Assembly: GCA_000934665.2 (NCBI GenBank)
Contig: KZ539072.1
Span: 1 to 34,208, forward strand
Origin: Catajapyx aquilonaris
Lineage: Eukaryota
Direction: 5' to 3'
Length of the DNA stretch: 34,208 bases
Positions within the stretch are counted from its first letter, which is position 1, and each line of letters starts with the position of its first letter. The translations under genes and the position numbers were made by a program. The notes beneath the pieces were generated by a model. The model had not been told where the DNA came from, ran no database searches, and worked only from the letters and a program-made list of their open reading frames with translations. Of the stretch, positions 11,340 to 21,695 are shown one piece after another.

Positions 11340-12045
11340 CAGGGTCATCGAAAAAGAATGTCCCAATTTAAAAACCCTATAACTCGAAAACTTGTAGACA
11401 TATGTTAATGATTTAAGTTTTGAAATGCTAAGAAATGTCTAAGTTTTGGTCTCACCTTAGTTTGTTTCGATATGAGCTCCATTTGTCGCTCGCAAAATGT
11501 AAATACGGTAATCAGTGTATGTCTAACCCTATCAGACATGTCTGAAGTCACCATTGTGATCTTATCCCACAGGTGCTGGAGATGCCAGATCTTTTCACCA
11601 TACATGTATCGCCACAAAAAAGTCAATTGGGGTAAGATCTGGGCTTCTGGTGGGGCTAGGCATTGAGAAACTTCTCATTCAAGACTTCGAACACTGGGGG
11701 GGCTGAAGCGCTGAACAAATGAAATTTTCCTACGGCCGGATTATTTCATGTATTAGGCGACTTTTTATGTGCATCATCAAGAACATGTGTGGTGTAAAGA
11801 CCCTTCATCTCCAGCACCTACGGGATAGGATTGCAACGGTAACTCCAGATATGAATGGGTGGGTTTGGCTCGAGACCGAATACTGTCTTTTTTATCTGCT
11901 GAGCGACAAATGAAGCTCATATCGAAACAAACTAAGATGAGACCAAAACTTTAGACATTTCTTAGCATTTCAAAACTTAAATCATTAAGATATGTCTACA
12001 AGTTTTCGAGTTTTAAAATGGGGACGTTCTTTTTCGATGACCCTG
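11340..12045. mobile_element. Tc1/mariner-derived fold-back element made of two inverted transposon 3' ends
   Basis: TA|CAGGGTCATCGAAAAAGAA...TTCTTTTTCGATGACCCTG|TA; arms of roughly 260 bp; minus strand near 11610-11655 reads PRSPDLTPIDFF (transposase motif). Confidence 0.85.
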
Positions 12046-12188
12046 TAGTTAATTCGGGATCGAACACGCATCTTCAATAAAGGGAGAAGATTTCAGTCAC
12101 AAAACACAAAAATACATTTACATATGATTAGCCTATTAATCACTATTTCTTAGAACTCTCGGGTTCTGGGTAACTCCAGTTGAGAAAT

Positions 12189-12446
12189 GCTCTGACGCCA
12201 CAAGCAAAAACCCTGCACATGCAAAAACCATGTATGTTCAGATAAGCATACCACTGTACTCCCCTTTATGTGGCCCACGTAATGGTAGAAACCTCGTTTC
12301 TCTACGAGCCACCATTGCAAAGTTAGGGACATAGTAAAACCATGTCTTATGTATATCATTGTCAATGGAAAGTACGACCTTCAAATGTGATTATCTCGAA
12401 ATGACAAAAACCACACATTCAGGGTTTCTGCATGGGGCGTCAGTGC
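12189..12446. mobile_element. MITE (unclassified)
   Basis: Imperfect TIRs gctctgacgccacaagcaaaaaccctg / cagggtttctgcatggggcgtcagtgc. Confidence 0.55.
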
Positions 12447-12513
12447 TGCTGGAGTATGTAGACCTAACATTTGTGGTGTCTTATTAATGGGTTTTTTCTT
12501 TTCTTTTCTTTAG

Positions 12514-12537
12514 AGTGGGAAGAAGAGCAAGAAGTGA
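12514..12537 (+). CDS. PPP1R21: PPP1R21 terminal coding exon (SGKKSKK*)
   Basis: Strong polypyrimidine tract ttttttcttttcttttctttag|; phase 0; lysine-rich end like human GNSKKNKSR*. Confidence 0.8.
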   Translation, partial: SGKKSKK

Positions 12538-13013
12538 AGCTAGTCTGCATCTATCTGGTGAAATGTTTGGAATTTGGTCATCAGTACCAATTTAAGCATT
12601 CCTGTTTTCAGCACCAAATGCACTGGAAATTGTGTGTTGCAAAAGATCAGGGACTACTGTACCACATGCTTTTCAGAGAACAAAAATGCTCTTCCACTTT
12701 TTTTGGGGTGGGTAAGATGGGCAATCAGTCATGCAGATTATTGTGATATTTGTTTCTATTGTTAAACGAGAAGAATTGTTGCGGGCAGCAAGTCTCAGAT
12801 GTATGATTTCTTTGGTTGTTGGCTTGGTAATAATGATTGTAGTAGCAATTAAATATTATATAGTGTCATGACAAGATTCCTCTACTAGGGGTAGTCAGTG
12901 ACAAAAGAGGCAATTAAAAATTGTGGCATAATATGAGCAATATGAGATTTTTGCATGACATCAATTTTGTTAATTAAAAAAAGAATAACTGGGATTGTAA
13001 ATGACATTGGTGA

Positions 13014-13019
13014 TTTATT
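13014..13019 (-). terminator. Putative ISCA2 polyadenylation signal AATAAA
   Basis: tttatt on the + strand, 40 nt past the ISCA2 stop codon. Confidence 0.55.
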
Positions 13020-13058
13020 TGTACATTAATTACAAGCATATACTAAAGCAATGCAGCC

Positions 13059-13248
13059 TTATGTCTTACCCTCATCCACCTTGATTGAAAATGAAGCCCC
13101 GCAAGAGCATCCTTGCTCAGCCTGCGGATTGTCAATCAGTAGAAAAGCCGCCCTGATCAGCTCCTTATGGTAATCGACAGTGGACCCCTTGACATAGTCC
13201 AGCGAGACCTCATCTATCACAACTTTGGCTCCACTTCTCTCGAACATC
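13059..13248 (-). CDS. ISCA2: ISCA2 exon 3 (C-terminal CxC motif)
   Basis: ttcctattacag|[31 protein letters not shown]...[14 protein letters not shown], typical IscA/HesB A-type carrier; stop TAA. Confidence 0.93.
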
Positions 13249-13305
13249 CTGTAATAGGAAATGTGTCACAAGTAATCCATGGCAAGGCTTGGGTCAAGTC
13301 TTAAC

Positions 13306-13485
13306 TGGTCATCGTCATGCATGTTGTTATCGAGCTCGAATTTATACTGGAATCCAGAGCATCCTCCTCCCTCGACACTTATTCTGAGGAAGCTGCCATC
13401 TGCGCTGATCTCCTTTAGCCTTTCCACGCATGTGTCACTCAGCTGGAGTTTGGGTGGCTGACTCGATAACCGACATCCAGGAATC
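13306..13485 (-). CDS. ISCA2: ISCA2 exon 2
   Basis: tttcag| acceptor; LSDTCVERLKEI...FLRISVEGGGCSGFQYKF; CA|gttaag donor; 57-nt intron; frame consistent with exon 3. Confidence 0.92.
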
Positions 13486-13698
13486 CTGAAACGTATGGAA
13501 GTGAGCAAAAAGTGGGCACGTAACAAGTTGCTTCCAAAAACAATATTAGTACAATATTTCACCCAACCCATGCTCTGTTCCTTTACATGATTACATTTCA
13601 TCATTTGTAGGGCCTATGTCTCATTTTTGTTTATAATGGGCCAGTCGGGCCTCCCGGTCATGCTGAAACTGACATTCCAATTGCAACAAGCCTCTAAC

Positions 13699-13781
13699 CT
13701 GACAGCATTGCTGGCAGCTCTCAAGCCAGTTACCAATCTGCAGATACTGCCAGCCCCTCTCATAACCACAGTCGCTGCCAT
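13699..13781 (-). CDS. ISCA2: ISCA2 exon 1 (mitochondrial targeting peptide)
   Basis: ATG at 13781; MAATVVMRGAGSICRLVTGLRAASNAV (Arg/Ala-rich, no acidic residues); AG|gttaga donor; spliced CDS 453 nt = 150 aa. Confidence 0.75.
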
Positions 13782-14584
13782 ACTGCGTACTGCCTCTATG
13801 TATCGAAGTAGCTGAATCTCTGGCTGAACCTTGTCATCCCCGGCCTGCAGATGGCACGTGATGGCATTGAATCGACCTCTCGGACCTCCGAACAGCAGCG
13901 CTCTGAGTCTGAGCGGACCCGAGAACTGACTAGAAGAGAGCGCCACTTCCAGCCATCTGGCGGCATTCTTACGAGCTAGGTAGTGAAGAGTTGTGCGAAA
14001 TGCATTCTGGGAAGGGCTAATAGGGGGGGAGGAGGTGGAGGAGGAGGAGTAGTGGCAGCAGAAGGGGTCGAGGGTGTAAAGGCAGGCTGGGGACAGTGGA
14101 GTTCAGCTGGGGGACTGCGGACCACCACATATCGGGGCCAACCAGCCAGCCCTGCAGCAAGAAGTGGCAGGCCCTGACCCCCCCAGCAACCATCCAGCAG
14201 TTGTAGTAAGAAGCGGGCAAATGTCGGGTTGTTGGCGAATGCCGCCGACGGGTCGGGTGGTGCCTGGCCCTGCGCGGCCGCGGAACCCCTACTAGCCACA
14301 AGTTAGAAATCTAAACAGGACCTGTGAGCCCGCCCGCCTGGTCCTGAACCATTGCCCTGTCATCGTAAGTGTGTACCGCCCCATCTCCGCCCGATTCGTA
14401 CGTGGGTGTTGTGGCGCGCATCCTGTGCTGCAACAATGTTATACCAGGTGACCACTTGCTATGGTGGCTGCACATACCAGCTGTACTGAAGAGTGAGAGA
14501 AGGAACAGAGGGGAGGCTGTGCTGCATCCACCCTCGTCCTCACCTCTGTCCTGCAACCTTGTGCACTCCTGACAGGCAGTGACA
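13782..14584. promoter_or_regulatory. GC/CpG-rich divergent promoter and 5' leader region shared by ISCA2 and PKC
   Basis: Head-to-head start codons 803 nt apart; CpG-rich relative to the introns; ETS-like GGAAGT and CTCF-like CCGCCAGATGGC on the minus strand at 13941-13966. Confidence 0.65.
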
Positions 14585-14926
14585 ATGTTCACAGGCACGC
14601 TGAAGCTCAAGATATGCGAGGGCTGCTCCTTGAAGCCAACAGACTTCCAGAAGCGGCATGCAATGGGCTTTGGTAAGCCGGACGACCAGTCCATAGACCC
14701 TTACGTGTCCATCGATGTCGATGATGAGGTCCAGGTGTTTCGGTCGACTACCAAGCCCAAGAGCCACTCACCTGTTTGGAATGAGATATTTGAAACTGAG
14801 CTGCACAATGCTGTCAACCTCGGGGTCACCGTCTTCCATGACGCGGCCATCCCGCCTGATGACTTTGTGGCCAATTGTACCATCCCTATCGAGGACCTTG
14901 CCCACAAGGAGCACTCGGATATTTGG
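14585..14926 (+). CDS. Pkc98E: Novel protein kinase C (epsilon-type/Pkc98E) exon 1, novel C2 domain
   Basis: MFTGTLKLKICE...DPYVSIDVDD...PVWNE...VFHDAAIPPDDFVANC...W matches the PKC epsilon N-terminal C2 domain; TGG|gttcgt donor. Confidence 0.93.
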
Positions 14927-17671
14927 GTTCGTATTATGTTAGAGATGAGTAGTACTTCTAGGGTTTACAATATTTTTTGGCTGCAATTGTGAGTGAAGTT
15001 GGCAATTTAATCTACTCAAAGTGTGGATAAAAACCTTGAAGCTCAGAGTTTATCAGTGTAAGTTTAAAAAAATTGCAGCTGGTGACCCTTTACAACCTAA
15101 ATGCCAACAGAATTCTTAAGCATGAGTCTTGAAATTAATTTGGAAATTGCCAGGCCGTGGGTTATCACTAGCAGTTACTAATAGGTGAAAATTGTGACTG
15201 GAAACTCCAGGTTGCAGTGAGCAGTTGTTTCATTGAAGCAAGTCAGAATCTGCCCAAGCCATAAAGTCAGGAAACTGCGTTTTTTTGACAAGTGTATTTC
15301 TGCGGCAGTTTTTGTTTTCCCAACACCAAATTGAACATCGAATTACTCCACTGTTTTGTTGACCGCAGGCAAAGCACAGATCAAAGGGAATAGATAATGA
15401 CCTGCTATCTTGATGCACAGAATTCCTCCCTCTCCCCCCCCCNNNNNNNNNNNNNNCTTCCCCGCCACCTGCAGTGAAAGGTTATGGGGGAAATCCTAAC
15501 TGACCTCCAGCCTGTCCTTCTGCTGCTTCCCACTAAACCCTCCCCCTATGTGCCATGATGGTATTGGCAAATTGTATTGTCTGTTGAAAGTCAATCTAGA
15601 GTTTGAATGACAGAGTAGGTTACCTGAATGAGCATTTGTCATCTTTGTAAATATGAGAAGCCAGACTTCATTTTTAAATGAAATGCAGAAAAGTCAAATT
15701 GAGTTACACATTCCACTTTTAAGTGTGAACAATTACAATTATAATTATATGCCGTAAGGGCGCATTCGAGTAATCATTTTAATTCATGGTTGCACAATAT
15801 AAGTACACCTGATTAGTGGTTAGCTTTTGGTCAAAGGGCATCAGCTGCAGCAGGTGGAAAGCACACCTTGCACAAACATTATATGGTTTTTAGAGAGTAT
15901 GTTAATTACAGTGGGGTTTCTTTGTCAGTTTGTCTCCTCCACTTGATATGTAATCTAGTGTAGCACCCTATCCCTGGCAGCCCAGCTATCAGTGTTACTT
16001 GTTACTTGTAGCAGAGAAATTGGTTTTATGCCTGCAAGCTGTAGCCTTTTTAAACACTATATGACATGTCATCCATTGACACAAATTAAGATTATAACCT
16101 TGCATTGATATTTTTTGATCTTGTATTCTGTGAAATATATTTTGCTTAGGTAGGTGAAAAAATATGGAAATGAGCAATTGTGAGTACAAAATCAACTTTC
16201 ATCTTGCTGGCCAAAAAAGGCTATGTCTTCACTTTAGGTTTCATTTCAAAATTTTTTGAATCTGCCAATAACTGATTTAAAACAATTAAATTGAGAAGTA
16301 AATCTGAAGGTGAAAGTTTGGTAAATTGACCTTTAGATGTTGATGTCACGATTATTTTGAAAACATGCGTTTCTCTAATACTCGTTCACAATGTTAAAAT
16401 TGTATCGGTTAGAAAAGTGTTGGTTTTGCAAGGAAAACAACTGAATGGTATTTCAGTTGCTGGGATGTCAAGTAGGGGATTTTAGAGAACTCTTTTAAAA
16501 GTTATTTAGACAAGCAGTGAAAAGGTCACAAAGACTTTAAAATCATTTCACTTTTTCCATGTCACATGCATATACATATACAGTGCGTTCAAATTGAAGT
16601 GTCTGTAAATTTTCGTCCATAAGCACATTATTGAACAGTGTCATTTAAATAATTACATTGAGGAGCTGGAAAAAGCATTCGTTGCTAACATTCCACTTAA
16701 AAAGTGATCTGTGAATGAGAAAGGAAGGCAGAGGACTGTATTACAATTGGCAGGTTACTTTTCCATTGGGGAGTTTGAGTGACGGAAGGTTCACAAAGTC
16801 ACCACTCGCGTCTCTTATCACCACTCCCTCAGCAACGCACACCCACCTGAGGAGGTGCTACCTGGCAGTGCTTGTCCATTCAGGGGATGTTGCCTTCCTA
16901 ACTGTGCAGTTAATTACAATTACTTATATCTGAGACTAAAAGCAGCCTTGTTGTGTTAATTTTTGGGTGGGTATGCAGGATGTTCAACATCTAATAATGA
17001 TAAATGATACAATAGTAATAAATATAAATGAATGGGAGATTTCAAAATTTTTGTTCTGTGCAGTCATATTTTATCCATCAATTAGTAGCCATGTTTATGC
17101 AAAAATATGGAAGTGCTACTTCAGGGTTGTATAGCAGTGGTTATTTAGTATTTTAGTACAAAATATATCAGAATTGCTTGGGCTTCAGTTCATGTGAAGC
17201 TTGTGAAATACAGACATCTTCTATAAATTCAAGATTTTCCATTTAATGACTGATATGCCCACATGCTTCGGCCAACAAGTTTAATGAGAGGCTGCAAATC
17301 AGAGTTTTGAATAGGAGCAACTGGAATGATGAATGTTTTAAAATAAGAACTTCATATATGATCTATTGTGATGTCAATTGTAGCCTATTTCCTGCTGATG
17401 AAGGGGTCACCTTAGTCATTTTTCTGTTAAGCGCTGGGGATGGGCTTTGAGAGATGCATCCTGGTAACCTTGAAAGAACATGCTTTAAAAAAAAAGGAAT
17501 TTAAGCAGTGGTGATGTGAGTGCATGACCTCATACTTCTGGGTCCCCTCCCCCTAACCCTGGAGACTACCCCACTCTACTTACTTCCCACAATCTAGCCA
17601 CCTCAAGATAAGGAAATAAACACTTCCGTTTTTCTTTTCCATACACTCACCCATGTGGTCTCTTTTCACAG

Positions 17672-17732
17672 GTTGATCTAGAGCCACAAGGCAGGATCCA
17701 TGTCATTATAGATCTGAAATGGGCAAACCCAG
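17672..17732 (+). CDS. Pkc98E: PKC exon 2 (end of C2)
   Basis: ttttcacag|VDLEPQGRIHVIIDLKWANP|gttagt. Confidence 0.92.
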
Positions 17733-17883
17733 GTTAGTACCATGTTTTAGTCTGTATGTTCAGGGTCTGTCTGAAAATGTCACACATTTCTTGTGGGTTT
17801 TGAATGAATCGCCTCTAAAATCTTACAAAACTGGTTAAACCATCAGCATCACCTCAACCTGTACTTAAGCAGGAGCATTCCAG

Positions 17884-17992
17884 GGGTGGAATTTTCGTCG
17901 TACTACTAGTTACTTTTAACTTAGCAGTACCATTGCGTTACACTGGTACTGCTAAGTTAAAAGTAACTAGTAGTACGACGAAAATTCCACCC
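17884..17992. mobile_element. Perfect palindromic MITE (Harbinger-like, CAG TSD)
   Basis: Perfect 50-bp arms 17883-17932 / 17944-17993 with an 11-nt spacer; flanked by cag direct repeats. Confidence 0.8.
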
Positions 17993-19432
17993 CAGATCTC
18001 TGGCATTATCAGGATTCTACCTGGTTACAAAATTGATGCAATGTGGAAGACACCTTGATGACTCACCTGATGTGCATTATGACCACATACATTACTTACT
18101 CCATCAGTCAACATTAGGTGCATAACAGCAGGTTTATGTATATTAGTACATCTCAACATCTGATGAAGGATTTAATTGGTTGTCGTAAAATTACATGATT
18201 TAATGATACCAATATGAGTAATTACTAATTTATGCGACAGGTGTATTTGCGAAAGGGTCTCGGGAGGACAAAAACCTTTTTCCTGTGAGGAAAGTATATC
18301 TTCCAGGATCGGGTTGTTGAGAGGATCTCATAATTGTTTTTTTCCGTTCCCACTAATATTAGAAAAAAAAAATGGAACTCCGTTTTCTCTCTAGATCCCC
18401 AACTGAGAAAATGAGATTTGAAAATTAACTTTTTCAAGCTGCTGATGGCCACTGAAGGCATTAGGAGCATTTCAAAATATTTTGTTAATACTTGACAGAA
18501 ATGATGGAAGATGAGTGTAATTCTAAAATTCATATTCATATCTCGTAATGATAACATGAAAAAATGAGCTGCTTATGTTGTAACACATCTTGGAAAAATA
18601 AAGGTGCAATACAGTGTCTTGTCAAAAAAAAAAAAAACCCTATGGCATGTGCTACTGGAGAAAACTGCCTGGTACCCCCACAAGCAATGCACATGTCGGT
18701 GCGGGTGGAAGAATGGGTGAACACCACTTGATTCATGCTCTCATCCACTTGCACTCGCTTGTCTGGCTACTTGGCACTGCTTTGTATGAGTGCAAGGCAG
18801 TTTTTTCTGGTGTATAATTGTTGAGGAATATGCATTAGGATTTAACTTTTAGTTAGGGTACAGAATGATGAATGAATAAGCTGTCAACAAGTCATCTTGT
18901 TTATGATTATAAGAAAATGCATTGAAATTTCAACTGGCATAATTAGCTGTTGAGATGTGTTCTAGAATACATGGGCAAGAATGGAACACCAATTGTTTTC
19001 CAATGGAATTGGTATTTATTTGGTTGGATTGAATGCACATTGGGGGGGATGAAGTATTGTCGGTGATTCTATCTGCTTTTTGTATCCTGAAGTACTTATT
19101 GACTTAACATGAAAAGGCTGGAATGTATGACTTTGACCCTTTCTGGATTATTAGAATCCAAGTTGTTACCCAATATCACTGCAGTGCAAATTGTTGTAAA
19201 TGGATGCAGTAATCAATACATGGAGATGTCTCTCCAGTCCTACTAAAAATGAGGGCGCAGAGTACATAAAACATTTCCCACTGCTGTAATGTGCCATACG
19301 TAACGCTTCCTATCTAGCATCTAACAATGCATCATTGTGTAATATTTGGCCAGTTCTTGATGGAGAGTAGTTTTCGAAGTCAGGGTTTAGTGAATTCTGG
19401 GATTTGCAACATCTTTTCTCATTGTAATTAAG

Positions 19433-19592
19433 AGCACCAAGTGGAGAAGCCACGCGAATTCAAAGAGAGGCAGGGGTTCAACAGACGGAGGGGTGCTATG
19501 AGGCGCAGGATTCATCAGGTGTATGGGCACAAGTTCATGGCCACTTTCCTGAGGCAACCCACCTTCTGCTCACACTGCCGGGAGTTCATCTG
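19433..19592 (+). CDS. Pkc98E: PKC exon 3 (pseudosubstrate RRRGAMRRR and start of C1A)
   Basis: taag|...[46 protein letters not shown]|gtgagt. Confidence 0.92.
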
Positions 19593-19671
19593 GTGAGTTT
19601 TTTCTCCCGTGGTTTACATCTTAATTGAGAGAGTCAACAGGTTTGTGATGATATTATTTCTTCTCTTTCAG

Positions 19672-19703
19672 GGGCTTGGGGAAACAGGGATATCAGTGTC
19701 AAG
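19672..19703 (+). CDS. Pkc98E: PKC exon 4 (C1A)
   Basis: tttcag|(W)GLGKQGYQCQ|gtaaga. Confidence 0.92.
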
Positions 19704-19766
19704 GTAAGATGATTCATAATTAGGCACAGGACATGAGAGTACTAACTTTCCTTTTCTGACCAACAG

Positions 19767-19852
19767 TTTGCACCTGTGTTGTTCACAAACGTTGTCACGA
19801 GTTAGTAGTCACAAAGTGCCCTGGTATGAAGGAAGCAAATGCACGCGATGAG
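19767..19852 (+). CDS. Pkc98E: PKC exon 5 (end of C1A)
   Basis: aacag|(V)[28 protein letters not shown]|gtaatt. Confidence 0.92.
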
Positions 19853-19911
19853 GTAATTGAGTTACAGTTTTAATATTCTGCTTGATGGATAATCTTACTT
19901 TTGTATTCTAG

Positions 19912-20050
19912 TTTGGTCAGATTCAAGGGCAGAGGTTCAATGTGAACATCCCACATCGATTTGTTGTGCACAACTACAAGCGCTTCACTTTTTGTGACCA
20001 TTGTGGTTCCCTATTGTATGGGCTCATACGGCAAGGACTGCAGTGTGAAG
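19912..20050 (+). CDS. Pkc98E: PKC exon 6 (C1B); alternative in-frame acceptor at 19921
   Basis: ctag|[46 protein letters not shown]|gtgaga. Confidence 0.9.
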
Positions 20051-20249
20051 GTGAGATATACAAATGCACACATGCTTTCATTCCATCTAATTTTTGTACC
20101 AGTGTGTGTTATGCAATGTTTCAGCATTAAATTGCTCTCTAGGGAAGGTGAACTCTTGGTGTGTCTGTACAAAACACGTCATATAGTGTGTGTTCCAGTT
20201 GTATTTTCAATGGTGGTTAGTGATTTTTTTGCACTGACATTCCTATTAT

Positions 20250-20595
20250 TAATTTGTGTAAACTTTTCATTTATGTTACTCTATTGGAGGAGAACAGTGC
20301 TCTTTTAGGGGGTGGTAAATTCAATTTTTCACATTTTTCTTCAACACTGGTGCAAGGATGAAAGGACATGGGGTAATGGTGCGGTTTTTTTGGGGGAGGG
20401 GACACAGGTGCAGGTGCAATGTCGGAAATTTGGTCATGTGCAGTCCCCCAGGCGACTAGGTTGCCAGACACCTCCACGGCGTGGATCAGAGACCCTCCTG
20501 ATGCAGGCGAAAGGGAGCTCCCGGGCGGGGATCAAACCCAGTACCTTTTGCTCAGCAAGCCGAGACGTTACCGACTCGGTCACTACACCTCCCCA
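20250..20595 (-). mobile_element. SINE family B copy 2
   Basis: Homologous to the other B copies; TSD aca(t/c)tcctattat (20237-20249, 20596-20608). Confidence 0.88.
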
Positions 20596-21445
20596 ACACT
20601 CCTATTATGAAGCAGCTACTTTGGAAGGCACTTAAGAGGATTTCAAAAATATTTGTTGCTAATACAGGGTGTTTCATAGTCACGGGTCAAGCGCGTGCGA
20701 GGGGGGGGGGGNNNNNNNNNGGGGGGGCTGTTATAGCCGAGGCTGTTACATCTGGAGTCAACTCAATTACATGAAATTGATGCAGCTTTGTAACCTGATG
20801 CCAGAGCGTCTAGCTTCAAAATAATGATCCAACCATTGACCTCATGTCTCTTTCAGTCGAAAGGGATCATTCACAAAGTGATTAGCTTGAAAATTTATTG
20901 CAATTCAGGACCCGAGTTTATGGTTCCATTCAACCTAATAAAGGAGCTAATATATATAACTTCTGAAAGGAACTGCATAATAATAAACAACTTAGTACCA
21001 AAAAATCACCAACTGTTAACAGACATTTCCATTGGAACACATTGTATATGGAATTTTCAGTCAGTAGGGTCAGATTTCAATAATTTTTTTGTACATTAAT
21101 CTGAATTACATATTATCTATGAATGCCATTTTGTAAGTGTGTGTTGGATTACAAGTTTTGTTGTGAGATGTCAGTCTGGAAAGCGTGTGTTAATACACAT
21201 CATGCTGAAGAAGTGCAGGGGAATTCAAGATTATTTGAGTGAAAAAATATTTTTTTAAATAACTGGGAGGGACGGAAATCATGTATGAACTTCGTGTTCC
21301 ACGTCTATGGGACTGCCCTTATGCCATGGTCTTGTTTGATTTCAACCATGTTTGGGTATATTGTAGTATCCATGCATGGGTGTATGTTGCCAAGTTGGTC
21401 TTTGCAGTGTGAGGTTGCAAAACTATAGGGTGTAATATATACAAA

Positions 21446-21695
21446 TCGTTGTTAATCTGACAAAAGGACGAATTTGACATTTTTGCCAAAATTGGATTAA
21501 GGCCTCTGGCAGCACCATCAAGTGTTGGGTCACATTATGACAGAACGGGGAACATGTGGGATAAGTGGCGTCAGAGTTATAACGGAAAATCAAAAGGCCA
21601 TCCTATGTATTTGTATAGCAGTTTGCAGGATTCTTTTGGCTCTCCTGTAAAATTAGGAAAATGTTGAATTCGCCCTTTTGTCAGATTAACGACGA
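21446..21695. mobile_element. MITE (unclassified)
   Basis: ~40-bp imperfect TIRs tcgttgttaatctgacaaaaggacgaatt / aattcgcccttttgtcagattaacgacga. Confidence 0.7.

Noticed and set aside
13782..13946. In-frame N-terminal extension of ISCA2
   Set aside because: Needs a GTG start and probably spans the promoter; the ATG at 13781 already gives a normal-length protein with a targeting peptide.
13976..14299. Pro/Ala-rich antisense ORFs in the promoter region
   Set aside because: Non-ATG starts; explained by GC-rich low-complexity sequence.
20665..20762. Mariner-like left end joined to a Tigger-like end across an N gap
   Set aside because: The junction lies in a poly-G/N gap (similar gaps at 7141, 15443 and 23908); could be an assembly artefact.
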